Below are positions 1 through 8,364 of a DNA stretch of 32,000 nucleotides, piece after piece (the first letter of the stretch is position 1; each line of letters starts with the position of its first letter). Source of the stretch: Pyrodictium occultum. Lineage in GTDB: Archaea > Thermoproteota > Thermoprotei_A > Sulfolobales > Pyrodictiaceae. The stretch is taken from assembly GCF_001462395.1 (NCBI RefSeq), contig NZ_LNTB01000001.1, forward strand, positions 750,001 through 782,000. The letters run 5' to 3'. The notes under the pieces were generated by a model. It searched no databases. It was not told the DNA's origin and was given only the letters and a program-made list of their open reading frames with translations. A program made the translations under genes and the position numbers.

Positions 1-127
1 CAGGGCTCGGAGGGAGGGCTTATAGCCATAAAGTTTAACTCGCGTTTATTATACCCATGGTCTTTCCTCCGGATAACGGCTTTAGTCCATGAGGCCTCTG
101 GTATTGCAGTAATACTGGCGTATCACC

Positions 128-1273
128 ATGGGCGGTTTCAAGCTGATCCTCGGGACGCCGATCAACGCCGTGCCGCAGCCATGGTTTATCCTCAACGTCC
201 CGGGGGTGATGGTCAACGCTTATGACATAATGAGAGTTGGTCTCAGCCGTGTGCGCGGGAGGGGCCTACGCAAGCTTCTAGGCATAGACGATGATACCGA
301 GCTCTGGATAGACAGTGGCGGCTACCAGTTCCTCAAGAGAAGCATGGATCCAGGCACCTACAAGATAGCTAAGATCTACCGAGAGGTCGACGCCGACTAT
401 TACATTAGCCTCGACTACCCCCCGGGCCCCATGGACGACCCGAGCATGCGCGCCAGGAAAATAGCCAAGACGATATCCAGCTTCATGTCGCTCAAGGGTA
501 TGCTTAGAAGCCTGGTCGAAGAAGGAAGGCTTATCCCGGTATTCCACATATCTGTAGGCGAGTCGCTAAGGCTCCAGCTGCGCTGCTACGAGCCCCATAG
601 CCCGGTAGCCGCGGCCGGCGGGCTCATCCCGTACTTCATGCAGCGGTCCGGTAGATACTCAAGGCTCAAGGCCGTGCTCTTCCTAATCCTCCTACGCAAG
701 CTGTGGAGGGGGAGGCTCCACGCCCTCGGCCTAGCCTCGGCTGCCGTGATACCCCTCCTTCGGGTGGTTGGAGTCGACAGCGGGGATACTCAGACGTGGA
801 GGCATAAGGCGGCCTTCGGAAAGATAATCGTGCCGGGCCTTGGCGAGCGCCATATAAGCGGCCAGAGGGTCCGCTTCGGCCCAGCAGTGCTCCGGGACGA
901 GAACGAGGTAGCGGTGTACAGAAGCTTCGTCGACAAGGCATCCAAGCTGCTCAACGTGAGCCATGAGAGCCTGGTCTCAAGCTTCGAGGCCCGCGCCTTG
1001 TTCAACGCCTGGGTGCTCCTACAGGTAGCCAGCAACGGCGGCACCTACAACGGGGCCAGCAAGCCATTTGTAAAGCTCTACGAGTCGGCCAGGGCTCTAT
1101 TCAGGCTTCCGCCGGAGGAGCTTGAGGCGAAGCTCGCAACCCTGCTCAGCTATCAGCCTGGCACAGTCGAGATGGAAGCTGGCGAGGAGGTGAGAGAGAT
1201 AGCCACGGTAGAGCGGCTACCCAGCTCCACCCCCGGCAGCGCGGATATGGCAACCTCCATCGAGAGGGTCTAG
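128..1273 (+). CDS. tRNA-guanine transglycosylase (TGT) superfamily protein; stand-alone catalytic barrel without Zn site or PUA domain (DpdA/TGT-like)
   Basis: 381-aa ORF. By-eye TGT landmarks occur in the right order: WIDSGGYQFLK (cf. DSGG[FY]Q), AAAGGLIPY (cf. GGLAVGE), LHALGLA (cf. MGVG), VGVDSGDT (Asp strand, cf. FDCV). There is only one Cys in the whole protein, so no CxCxxC..H zinc site, and no C-terminal PUA-like extension. Confidence 0.6.
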   Translation: MGGFKLILGTPINAVPQPWFILNVPGVMVNAYDIMRVGLSRVRGRGLRKLLGIDDDTELWIDSGGYQFLKRSMDPGTYKIAKIYREVDADYYISLDYPPGPMDDPSMRARKIAKTISSFMSLKGMLRSLVEEGRLIPVFHISVGESLRLQLRCYEPHSPVAAAGGLIPYFMQRSGRYSRLKAVLFLILLRKLWRGRLHALGLASAAVIPLLRVVGVDSGDTQTWRHKAAFGKIIVPGLGERHISGQRVRFGPAVLRDENEVAVYRSFVDKASKLLNVSHESLVSSFEARALFNAWVLLQVASNGGTYNGASKPFVKLYESARALFRLPPEELEAKLATLLSYQPGTVEMEAGEEVREIATVERLPSSTPGSADMATSIERV

Positions 1274-1280
1274 CCAGCGC

Positions 1281-1763
1281 CTATGCTATGATTAGCCGGT
1301 TTCCCCCGCGTCTTTTGGCCTCGCGGAGCAGGGACGCCGCATAGCGGCGGAAAGGAGTGGCTGTGTAGGCCTCCCTCCTGCTCCTAGCCGGCTTGCCGAG
1401 GACATAACCCTTTACAGCGACTATTGTGACGCCCACGCCTATACTGTTCAACTCCCTCTGGATGCGCTCGAGATCTCTTCTCAGCTCTACCGGCTCCACC
1501 AGCGGTATCTCTATAACCGCCTCCTCGGTGCCCCTAGTCTCGTCTAGACCATACACTATCACGCCATGCCACTTCCTCAAAAACGACTCCACAAGGCTCG
1601 TAAGTAGCCCTGTAGCAGGGTTAGGCTGGTACTCGCTCCAACCTCTCTCCTCTACAACCTCGCCGAACCGGTCCAAGTCTATCATAACTATGGAGCCCTC
1701 GACGGCAATGTGCCCGCTTGACTCTGCCCTCCTCCTCATAGGGGCCCTGCCCTCCGGTGGCAC
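1281..1763 (-). CDS. Stand-alone palm-domain nucleotide-cyclase-like protein (GGDEF / archaeal GTP cyclohydrolase III-like fold)
   Basis: 160-aa [16 protein letters not shown] (cf. GGDEF 'D[IV]DxFK' metal Asp), VYGLDETRG (cf. 'GG[DE]EF', both acidic residues kept), [13 protein letters not shown] (cf. 'AK..G[RK]N'). Its size equals a single palm domain. Start at 1763 or at the internal Met at 1739. Confidence 0.45.
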   Translation of the reverse strand: MPPEGRAPMRRRAESSGHIAVEGSIVMIDLDRFGEVVEERGWSEYQPNPATGLLTSLVESFLRKWHGVIVYGLDETRGTEEAVIEIPLVEPVELRRDLERIQRELNSIGVGVTIVAVKGYVLGKPARSRREAYTATPFRRYAASLLREAKRRGGNRLIIA

Positions 1764-1804
1764 AACCTAAGCACCATAAACGCATAGCGTTAAATCCCAC
1801 CAGC

Positions 1805-1812
1805 ATTATAAT
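1805..1812. promoter_or_regulatory. Palindromic TATA box ATTATAAT in a divergent promoter (GDH / palm-domain gene)
   Basis: This is the only A/T-rich element between the divergent genes. It ends 23 nt before the GDH ATG at 1835 (leaderless-type spacing) and lies 42 nt from the ATG at 1763 on the other strand. Confidence 0.5.
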
Positions 1813-1834
1813 AAACACGTGGAGGTATGCCTCT

Positions 1835-3124
1835 ATGTCCTCCTCAGAATCTAGGCGGTCCTCTGCCAACTCGAAGCGCCTCCTCCAGGAGGCGGAGAAG
1901 ATTCTTCACCACGCTATAGAGCTGCTAGGCTACGATGAGAGCATCTACGATATGCTCCGCCTGCCCGAGCGCGTTATAGAGGTCAAGATCCCGGTGCGCA
2001 TGGATGATGGCAGTGTGAGAGTGTTTATTGGCTGGAGGAGCCAGCATAACAGCGCCCTCGGCCCCTATAAGGGCGGTATACGCTTTCACCCCGGCGTAAC
2101 TATGGAGGAGGTCGAGGCACTAAGCATGATGATGACGTGGAAGAATGCACTCGCAGGCCTCCCCTATGGAGGCGGCAAGGGTGGTGTAAGGGTTGACCCA
2201 CATACCCTCTCCACCCGGGAGCTAGAGCAGCTCTCCCGCGGGTACATACGCGCGCTGTACAAGTACATAGGCCCCGACACCGACATACCGGCGCCAGATG
2301 TCTACACCAACCCGCAGATAATGGCCTGGATGATGGACGAGTACTATAGGCTCACCGGCGAGAACGCCTTCGCAGTGATAACCGGGAAGCCTAAGCAGCT
2401 GGGAGGCCTGGAGACCAGGGTCTACTCCACCGGTTTCGGGGTAGCTGTAGCGGCTAGGGAGACTGCTAAGAGGATGTGGGGAGGCCTCGAGGGGAGGACT
2501 GTGGCTGTGCAGGGCTACGGCAATGTGGGCTACTATGCTGCCAAGTTCCTCCACGAGATGGGCGCTATAGTGGTTGCTGTGAGCGACAGCCATGGAGGCA
2601 TATACAGCTCCAAGGGGCTCGACCCGGACGAGGTTAAGCAGGTGAAGAACAAGACAGGATCAGTCATCAACTACGAGAAGGCTGAGAGGAGGATAAGCAA
2701 CGAGGAGCTGCTGGAGCTGGATGTCGACATACTAGTACCGGCAGCGATAGAGGACGTTATAACAGAGGAGAACATGTCCAGGATAAAGGCCAAGCTCATC
2801 GTGGAGGGTGCTAACGGCCCCGTCACGGCGGAGTCGGACCAGTACCTATCCAGAAAGGGCGTGGTCATAGTCCCCGACATACTAGCCAACGCGGGCGGCG
2901 TCATAGCCAGCCACATAGAGTGGGTTAACAACCGTATGGGCGGCTGGGTGAGCGAGGAGGAGGCCCGCCGCCGCCTCGAGGAGAAGATGACCCGTAACAC
3001 GGTAGAGGTCTGGGATTTCTGGCACCGAGCGCTCGAGCCCGGCAAGCACAGCATGAGGGATGCAGCCTACGCGTTAGCGGTGAAGAGGGTCGTGGAGGCT
3101 ATGAGGCTCCGCGGCCTCATATAG
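1835..3124 (+). CDS. gdhA: Glutamate dehydrogenase (NAD(P)+)
   Basis: [21 protein letters not shown] and [12 protein letters not shown] are the Glu/Leu/Phe/Val dehydrogenase signatures, and [10 protein letters not shown] is the Rossmann motif. The track ORF starts at 1757. I prefer the in-frame ATG at 1835 because of the TATA box at 1805-1812 and typical GDH length. Confidence 0.93.
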   Translation: MSSSESRRSSANSKRLLQEAEKILHHAIELLGYDESIYDMLRLPERVIEVKIPVRMDDGSVRVFIGWRSQHNSALGPYKGGIRFHPGVTMEEVEALSMMMTWKNALAGLPYGGGKGGVRVDPHTLSTRELEQLSRGYIRALYKYIGPDTDIPAPDVYTNPQIMAWMMDEYYRLTGENAFAVITGKPKQLGGLETRVYSTGFGVAVAARETAKRMWGGLEGRTVAVQGYGNVGYYAAKFLHEMGAIVVAVSDSHGGIYSSKGLDPDEVKQVKNKTGSVINYEKAERRISNEELLELDVDILVPAAIEDVITEENMSRIKAKLIVEGANGPVTAESDQYLSRKGVVIVPDILANAGGVIASHIEWVNNRMGGWVSEEEARRRLEEKMTRNTVEVWDFWHRALEPGKHSMRDAAYALAVKRVVEAMRLRGLI

Positions 3125-3130
3125 TCCCTT

Positions 3131-4159
3131 TTAGCCCTGGGTGCTGAAGCCCGGCTTCCTCTTCTCCACAACCTCTGGGTTCACCAGGTTCGGCGGAACC
3201 TCGCCCCGCTTGAACGCCAGCAGGTTATCGAGCACGGCGCAGGTCATGGCCTCTCTGGCCTTCCTGGTGGCGCTCCCTATGTGGGGCGCCAGGACCACGT
3301 TGGGGAGCCTTGTGAGCGGGTGGTCCGGTGGCAGGGGCTCCTCCTCGAACACGTCTAGCCCGGCACCAGCTATCCAGCCCTCCCGAAGGGCCTTCACCAG
3401 CGCTTCAGTGTCTACCACAGCCCCCCGCGCCGTGTTGACGAGTATGGCTGTAGGCTTCATTAGCCGCAGCTCCCGCTCACCTATCATATGCCTGGTCTCG
3501 GGGGTTAGCGGGACGTGTATGCTTACAACGTCGGACTCGCGTAGCAGGGTCTCCAGCGGGACGTAGGTAGCGTTTAGCTCCCGCTCAACCTCCTCGGGGG
3601 CACGGTGCCTGCTGTAGTAGAGCACCTTCATCCCGAAGCCCTTCGCGCCGATCCGGGCTACCGCGCGGCCTATCCGGCCGAAGCCTATGATGCCTAGAGT
3701 CCTGCCCTCAAGCTCCATGCCGAGGAGCAGCTCTGGATGCCAGCCCGTGCCACTCCTATACCACTCCCCGCTCCTAACATAGTGGTCCGCCTCCACTATC
3801 CTCCTCGCCGTGGCTAGTATGAGAGCCCACGTGAGCTCTGCAGTTGCCTCTGTGAGCACGTTAGGCGTGTTTGTGACGTAGACCCCGTTGCGGGTGGCGC
3901 AGTCGACATCTATGTTGTCGTAGCCGACGGCGTACTGGGCCACTATCCGGAGCCCCGCCCTAGCCCCCTCGGTGAGCAGCCTGCAGTCAATATTATCTGT
4001 CAACAGCGATACTATGCCCTCAAACTCCACCGCCTTCTGGAGGAGTATGTCGTAGGGCGGGTGCCTCCACTCGGGCCAGACCTCCGCTTCGAACTCCTCT
4101 AGGAGCCTCTTAAAGCAGGGCCCCGGGAGCCTCCTGGTAACGAATATGCGGGGCTTCAT
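3131..4159 (-). CDS. gyaR: Glyoxylate reductase / D-2-hydroxyacid dehydrogenase
   Basis: 342 aa, MKPRIFVTR...AVGYDNIDV...GIIGFGRIGRAVA...GAGLDVFEEEP...PHIGSAT. It is collinear with archaeal GyaR-type D-isomer 2-hydroxyacid dehydrogenases. A GGAGGG SD lies 9 nt upstream of the ATG, and the gene sits 13 nt after the upstream gene's stop. Confidence 0.85.
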   Translation of the reverse strand: MKPRIFVTRRLPGPCFKRLLEEFEAEVWPEWRHPPYDILLQKAVEFEGIVSLLTDNIDCRLLTEGARAGLRIVAQYAVGYDNIDVDCATRNGVYVTNTPNVLTEATAELTWALILATARRIVEADHYVRSGEWYRSGTGWHPELLLGMELEGRTLGIIGFGRIGRAVARIGAKGFGMKVLYYSRHRAPEEVERELNATYVPLETLLRESDVVSIHVPLTPETRHMIGERELRLMKPTAILVNTARGAVVDTEALVKALREGWIAGAGLDVFEEEPLPPDHPLTRLPNVVLAPHIGSATRKAREAMTCAVLDNLLAFKRGEVPPNLVNPEVVEKRKPGFSTQG

Positions 4160-4172
4160 AAAGGCCGCCCTC

Positions 4173-5111
4173 CTAGGGCCTTACGGGCCCAGGCCGGTGG
4201 TTCAAGGGTTTTACGTAGCCGCCGTGGTCCGGCACCAGCCTAACAGAGCCCTCAAAATGCTCGATGTCGCCTAGCACCTCTACCCTCAAGCCTCTCGGCA
4301 TCTCTGTGTAGCGGAGCCGGTGGGTGAGCAGGTAGATCCAGTTATAGCTCCCCAGGCCTAGGCGGAGGGGCTTCTCGAGCTCCAGCTTATAGAGGGCCGG
4401 CACTGTGTAGGGAGAGACGGGGCGCAGTACACCCCTTACGAGGGCCCCCTCGGCTAGTATCCTTATGGGTGTGCAGCGTGCGGGCCTCCTGCAGGGCACG
4501 AGCTTAACATTGTACTCGAACCCGCCCATGTATCCTATGAGGACACGGTCCCCGGCTATGGCCCTGTTCAGCTCCATGTCAGCCCTGCTCCAGCCATGGC
4601 CTCTCCCGTGGTAGGGCCTCGTCACCCCCTCAATCCTTAGATCCTGTAGCAGCTTGTAGACCTCCTCAATACCGGTACCGTAGACCACGATGTCTATGTC
4701 GCCTGCCCCGGCGGGGTTGTAGGCTAGCCCTCCCGTGACACCCGCCAGCTCGGTGTAGGCCCTCAGCTCGTCGAGCAGCTGTAGCGCGGCCCTGCAGAGC
4801 CTCGTACTGCAGGAGCGCAGCCTCTTTGCAGCGGCTACTGGAGACTCGAGCCTAGCCCTCCCGGGGCGTAGGAGAAGGGTCTCCCGGCCTCCGAGGCACG
4901 GCTCCCTCCCGGCAGCCAAGCCCTCGTCGGGCGGCACTGTCCTTGGGAGGATCCAGGTCTTCCGTCCGTCCACTATCCGGGGCGTGTAGAACAGCAGGGG
5001 GAGGGGCTGGAAACACCCCTTCACAAACCCTATAGTGTGGCTCGTGTAGGCTATCCAGCCCTCGACCGGGCCTAGATCCTCGTGCAGTTTGGCGCCTCCC
5101 TCCTGGCACAC
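4173..5111 (-). CDS. Pol-beta-superfamily nucleotidyltransferase domain protein with beta-rich C-terminal half
   Basis: 312-aa ORF. GVTGGLAYNPAGAGDIDIVVYG matches the minimal nucleotidyltransferase pattern G[SG]x(9-13)D[IL]D. GTG start, overlapping the upstream gene by 40 nt. Confidence 0.45.
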   Translation of the reverse strand: MCQEGGAKLHEDLGPVEGWIAYTSHTIGFVKGCFQPLPLLFYTPRIVDGRKTWILPRTVPPDEGLAAGREPCLGGRETLLLRPGRARLESPVAAAKRLRSCSTRLCRAALQLLDELRAYTELAGVTGGLAYNPAGAGDIDIVVYGTGIEEVYKLLQDLRIEGVTRPYHGRGHGWSRADMELNRAIAGDRVLIGYMGGFEYNVKLVPCRRPARCTPIRILAEGALVRGVLRPVSPYTVPALYKLELEKPLRLGLGSYNWIYLLTHRLRYTEMPRGLRVEVLGDIEHFEGSVRLVPDHGGYVKPLNHRPGPVRP

Positions 5112-5608
5112 ACGATGATGCTCTCCAGTGTCTTCCTGACATTGTTGGATATGCCGCGGAGGAGGTAGAATATCTGAGGCAGCTCCTCCACTATCTGCCT
5201 CCTATCTGCCGGGTCGAACTCCTTGCAGTAGCTGAGCTTGCAGAGCCTTACCCTGCGGCCCTCTGCCTCCAGGCGGGTGTTGCCGCGGTGGAACACTAGC
5301 CTGCCGCCGCGCAGCGAGATAACGGTCTCGGGCTTTACGCGTACAAGAACTAGGCCGCCGTCCTCTTCGAGCGCCCTCCAGGTGACGCAGAGTGGCACGA
5401 CACGGTCCTTCGCTCCTCGGGCCTCGGCTATGCACCTAAGCCTCCTCAAGGCCTCGGCTATATGATCTACGGTATCAGCTATGGCGCTTATGGCCGTGTT
5501 AGCCCTATTCTCGATAAGGCTCTCCGCCGGGCCTATACCCCTCCTTATCTGGCTGGCAAGGGCCTCCAGACTCCTGGCAGCCTCTTCAAGCCGCTCAACG
5601 ATTGCCAT
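5072..5608 (-). CDS. Hypothetical protein (helical N-terminal half, beta-rich C-terminal half)
   Basis: Track ORF is 5072..5668. I prefer the start at Met21 (ATG at 5608, MAIVERLEEAA...) because the TATA box TTTTATAG (minus strand, 5641-5649) lies 33-41 nt upstream of it and inside the longer ORF. No recognisable motif. Confidence 0.5.
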   Translation of the reverse strand: MAIVERLEEAARSLEALASQIRRGIGPAESLIENRANTAISAIADTVDHIAEALRRLRCIAEARGAKDRVVPLCVTWRALEEDGGLVLVRVKPETVISLRGGRLVFHRGNTRLEAEGRRVRLCKLSYCKEFDPADRRQIVEELPQIFYLLRGISNNVRKTLESIIVCARREAPNCTRI

Positions 5609-5640
5609 GATTCCACCCGGCCGCTCCAAGAAGCGCCCGG

Positions 5641-5649
5641 CTATAAAAC
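5641..5649. promoter_or_regulatory. TATA box (CTATAAAAC / GTTTTATAG) in a divergent promoter
   Basis: A/T-rich element between the minus-strand operon (start 5608) and the MutS-like gene (GTG 5695). Spacing is compatible with both directions. Confidence 0.45.
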
Positions 5650-5694
5650 GGTGTCTAAGTAGCGTCATTAGAGCCTAGCGCGCCGGGCCCCATA

Positions 5695-7869
5695 GTGGTA
5701 CGGGAGCCTGGGATAAGGGGAGGGCGGGGAGGCCCGGTGGCAGCGCAGCGGGGGCGCAGGCTAGGGCTCCGCGACATACCTGGCGTGGGCGAGAAGGCCT
5801 ATGAGAAGCTGGTAGTCTACTTCGGCTCCGAGGAGGCGGCTATCCAGGCGCTGCTACGCGGCGAGGTAGCCAGGGTGGCGGAGGCCCTCTCCTCGCCGCG
5901 TAGAGCCCTACGCCTAGTCCAGCAGGCCAGAGGGCTCCTGGGCGGCTACAAGCCCGGGGAAATGCTGGGCACGCTGGACGCGGCCAGGCTTTACGACACG
6001 GCTCTCAGGCTCTTCACTCGCTACATGGCCTCCGAGCCCGGCAGGGACATAGCCGTGTCGCTAGCTCCTGTCCCCGCCAGGGCCTGGCCGGAGGTGGAAA
6101 AGAGCATAACGAGGACCAGGAGGCTTGTCGAGGCGGCCTCCCGCGTTTCACGGGACGTGCGGGGGAGGCTGAGAGGAGCCCTTGCAGGAGCCTCTTGGCC
6201 TAGGAAGCCCCTGGTGAGGCTAGACCGCGTCATCCTGGTGCCCCCTGGCAGGGGTGAGGAGGCCCGCCGCGCCCTCAGCGGCCTCGCGGAGGGCGTAGTG
6301 GTTGTTGAGGCGGGCTTGGCCGAGGAGGCTCCAGGCCATGGCCTAGTCCTCGCATACATGGTGGACACGGCCGGCCGGGAGGACGTTGTGGAGATAGACA
6401 GCCTCGACCCGTACACGGTGGTGCCCGAGGCCGTTATAGAAATACTGAGGGCTAACCGCGGCATACTCGAGGCCTTAGTCCAGCTACACGACACGGCGCC
6501 CGCTCTCCTCTCGGAGGCGGCGAGGGCTGCAGGGCTGGATCCGCGCGGGGTTGAGACGGCGGCCAGCCTTTCGAGGGAGGCGCTTGAGGCAATCAGCCTG
6601 CTTGAACGGGGCGAGGTGGACCCGGACTACCAGCGCCTCTCCTCCGCGTTGAAGAAGCTGGACTCCATAGTATCCGACATCGAGGTCTGGGTTAACGAGG
6701 AGGCCCGCCGCCGCCTCGAGGAGCGCGAGCTGAGGCTGAGCGCGGCCGAGCTACTACGGCTCATAAGCTCGCTGGAGGAGGGCCAGATACGCGTGCCCGA
6801 GGAGCTACTCGAGATATTCGAGGAAGTGAGCGCCGCGGCCGAGGAGAGGCTCGCCCAGGCCCTCGGCCTTGAGCCAGAGGAGCGCGGCCTCTTGGAGGGC
6901 CTTGTTGAGCCGAAGCCCCAGTTCCCGATAGAGGTTAGGAGAGAGCCCGTGGAGAGGCTTAGAAGCCTCCTGGAGCGCAAGAGACAGCTAATACTCTACA
7001 TGTTCGCCAGGAGGCATGCCCGCAGGCTCGGGAAGCTCCTCGACCTGCTGCCGGCGGTAGCGGAGACGCTTGCCTGGAGCGACTTCGCCCTGGCAGCCAC
7101 CGAGTTCATCGAGGAGAACCATGGGTCAATACCCATGCTGGACAGAAGCTTCACGGGAGTTGGATTCACCGGGGCCGCGGAAGCAGGGCTGCTGGCTGCG
7201 GGCGCCGAGGTGCAGCGCGTCGACTACATGGTTGGCTGCATCCCCTACCGTCCCGAGGGCACGAGCTGTGAGAGGGTTATACTCTTGACCGGTGCCAACA
7301 GCGGCGGGAAGACCACACTTCTGAAGACGATAGGCGAGATAGTGCTTGCGGCTCACGCAGGGCTCCCGGTGCCGGCCTCCAAGGCGTGGATAGGCGGCTT
7401 CGACCGCGTCTACTATATATCCAAGCCTACCGGCATGCTGGATGCGGGCGGCCTGGAGGAGACGCTGAGGAAGATAGCCTCTATAGTCGAGGAAGCCAGG
7501 AGGCGCCGGGTCCTCCTGCTCGTAGACGAGCTGGAGGCTGTGACCGAGGCCCACGCGGCGGCGAGGATAGTAGCTGCAATAGCGTCGTCAATAGCTGAGA
7601 CAAGCGAGTCGGTGGCAGTAATAGTAAGCCATCTGGCCGGCGAGGTGATGGAGGCTATACCGGGGGATCTCCGGAGCCGCGTCAGGATAGACGGTATAGA
7701 GGCTAGGGGGCTTGATGAAAACTACAACCTGATAGTCGACAGGAGCCCCCGGTACAATTACCTAGCCCGCTCCACCCCCGAGCTCATAGTAACCAAGCTT
7801 CTCCGCCGCTCCAAGAATAGCGGCGAGAGGGCGTTCTTCGAGAAGGTGCTAGAACTTCTCACCAGCTAG
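5695..7869 (+). CDS. MutS-family (domain V) ABC ATPase with N-terminal helix-hairpin-helix and long helical region; archaeal MutS2/MutS5-like
   Basis: 724 aa. LRDIPGVGEKAYEKL is an HhH motif. ILLTGANSGGKTTLLKTIG is the MutS-type Walker A, followed ~85 aa later by VLLLVDELEAVTE (Walker B, cf. MutS 'DE[LI]GRGT'). No mismatch-binding domain I and no Smr domain are evident. Confidence 0.65.
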   Translation: MVREPGIRGGRGGPVAAQRGRRLGLRDIPGVGEKAYEKLVVYFGSEEAAIQALLRGEVARVAEALSSPRRALRLVQQARGLLGGYKPGEMLGTLDAARLYDTALRLFTRYMASEPGRDIAVSLAPVPARAWPEVEKSITRTRRLVEAASRVSRDVRGRLRGALAGASWPRKPLVRLDRVILVPPGRGEEARRALSGLAEGVVVVEAGLAEEAPGHGLVLAYMVDTAGREDVVEIDSLDPYTVVPEAVIEILRANRGILEALVQLHDTAPALLSEAARAAGLDPRGVETAASLSREALEAISLLERGEVDPDYQRLSSALKKLDSIVSDIEVWVNEEARRRLEERELRLSAAELLRLISSLEEGQIRVPEELLEIFEEVSAAAEERLAQALGLEPEERGLLEGLVEPKPQFPIEVRREPVERLRSLLERKRQLILYMFARRHARRLGKLLDLLPAVAETLAWSDFALAATEFIEENHGSIPMLDRSFTGVGFTGAAEAGLLAAGAEVQRVDYMVGCIPYRPEGTSCERVILLTGANSGGKTTLLKTIGEIVLAAHAGLPVPASKAWIGGFDRVYYISKPTGMLDAGGLEETLRKIASIVEEARRRRVLLLVDELEAVTEAHAAARIVAAIASSIAETSESVAVIVSHLAGEVMEAIPGDLRSRVRIDGIEARGLDENYNLIVDRSPRYNYLARSTPELIVTKLLRRSKNSGERAFFEKVLELLTS

Positions 7870-8340
7870 CCGCTCTCCCTGGTAGAAGCCCTCATACCTA
7901 GCCCCCTGCTGCGGGTAGATCCGGATCAGCACAAGCTGAGCCACCCTTGCCCCGGCCTCCAGGCGGATTCCGCGGGGATTCCCCACCACCAACAGTGACT
8001 CGCCCCTACCACGGTAGCCGGGGTCCCAGACGGCGCAGGAGAGCAGCGCCCCCATGCGGAGCAGGCTGCTCCTCGGGAAGCAGAGCCCCAGAGTGTCCTC
8101 TGGTATGCTCACCGGGTCCATGAATACAACCTTGTAGAAGCCGGGCCCGAGGGTCCAGCCTCCCCCGTGGGGCTCAAGCGGCCTGGAGGCTGGCAGCCTC
8201 CTACCCCCGGTCCCCAGGAAGCCCTCCTCCTCGAATGCATGGATCTCGCCGACTCGTAGATCCACGCCGGCGGGCTGCACCTGCCCGGGAGCCGCTCCCG
8301 CGAGGAGACTGGCAGCTGCGAGAGCCCCTGGAAGCGCCAA
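7849..8340 (-). CDS. dut: dUTPase / dCTP deaminase superfamily protein (size favours dUTPase)
   Basis: 163 aa. QPAGVDLRVGE, CFPRSSLLRMG and VWDPGYRGRGE are the trimeric dUTPase/dCTP-deaminase family motifs. TTG start. The tail overlaps the MutS-like gene's end by 21 nt. Confidence 0.65.
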   Translation of the reverse strand: MALPGALAAASLLAGAAPGQVQPAGVDLRVGEIHAFEEEGFLGTGGRRLPASRPLEPHGGGWTLGPGFYKVVFMDPVSIPEDTLGLCFPRSSLLRMGALLSCAVWDPGYRGRGESLLVVGNPRGIRLEAGARVAQLVLIRIYPQQGARYEGFYQGERLAGEKF

Positions 8341-8364
8341 AGCCGCCCAGCCCCGGCCGCCCCA

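Noticed and set aside
98-107. 10-mer CTGGTATTGC shared between the TGT-like upstream region (98-107) and the RNR upstream region (10502-10511).
   Set aside because: A single 10-nt match between two regions of these sizes is only marginally unlikely (roughly one in ten to twenty by rough reckoning), with no second shared element. It is not enough to claim a common operator.
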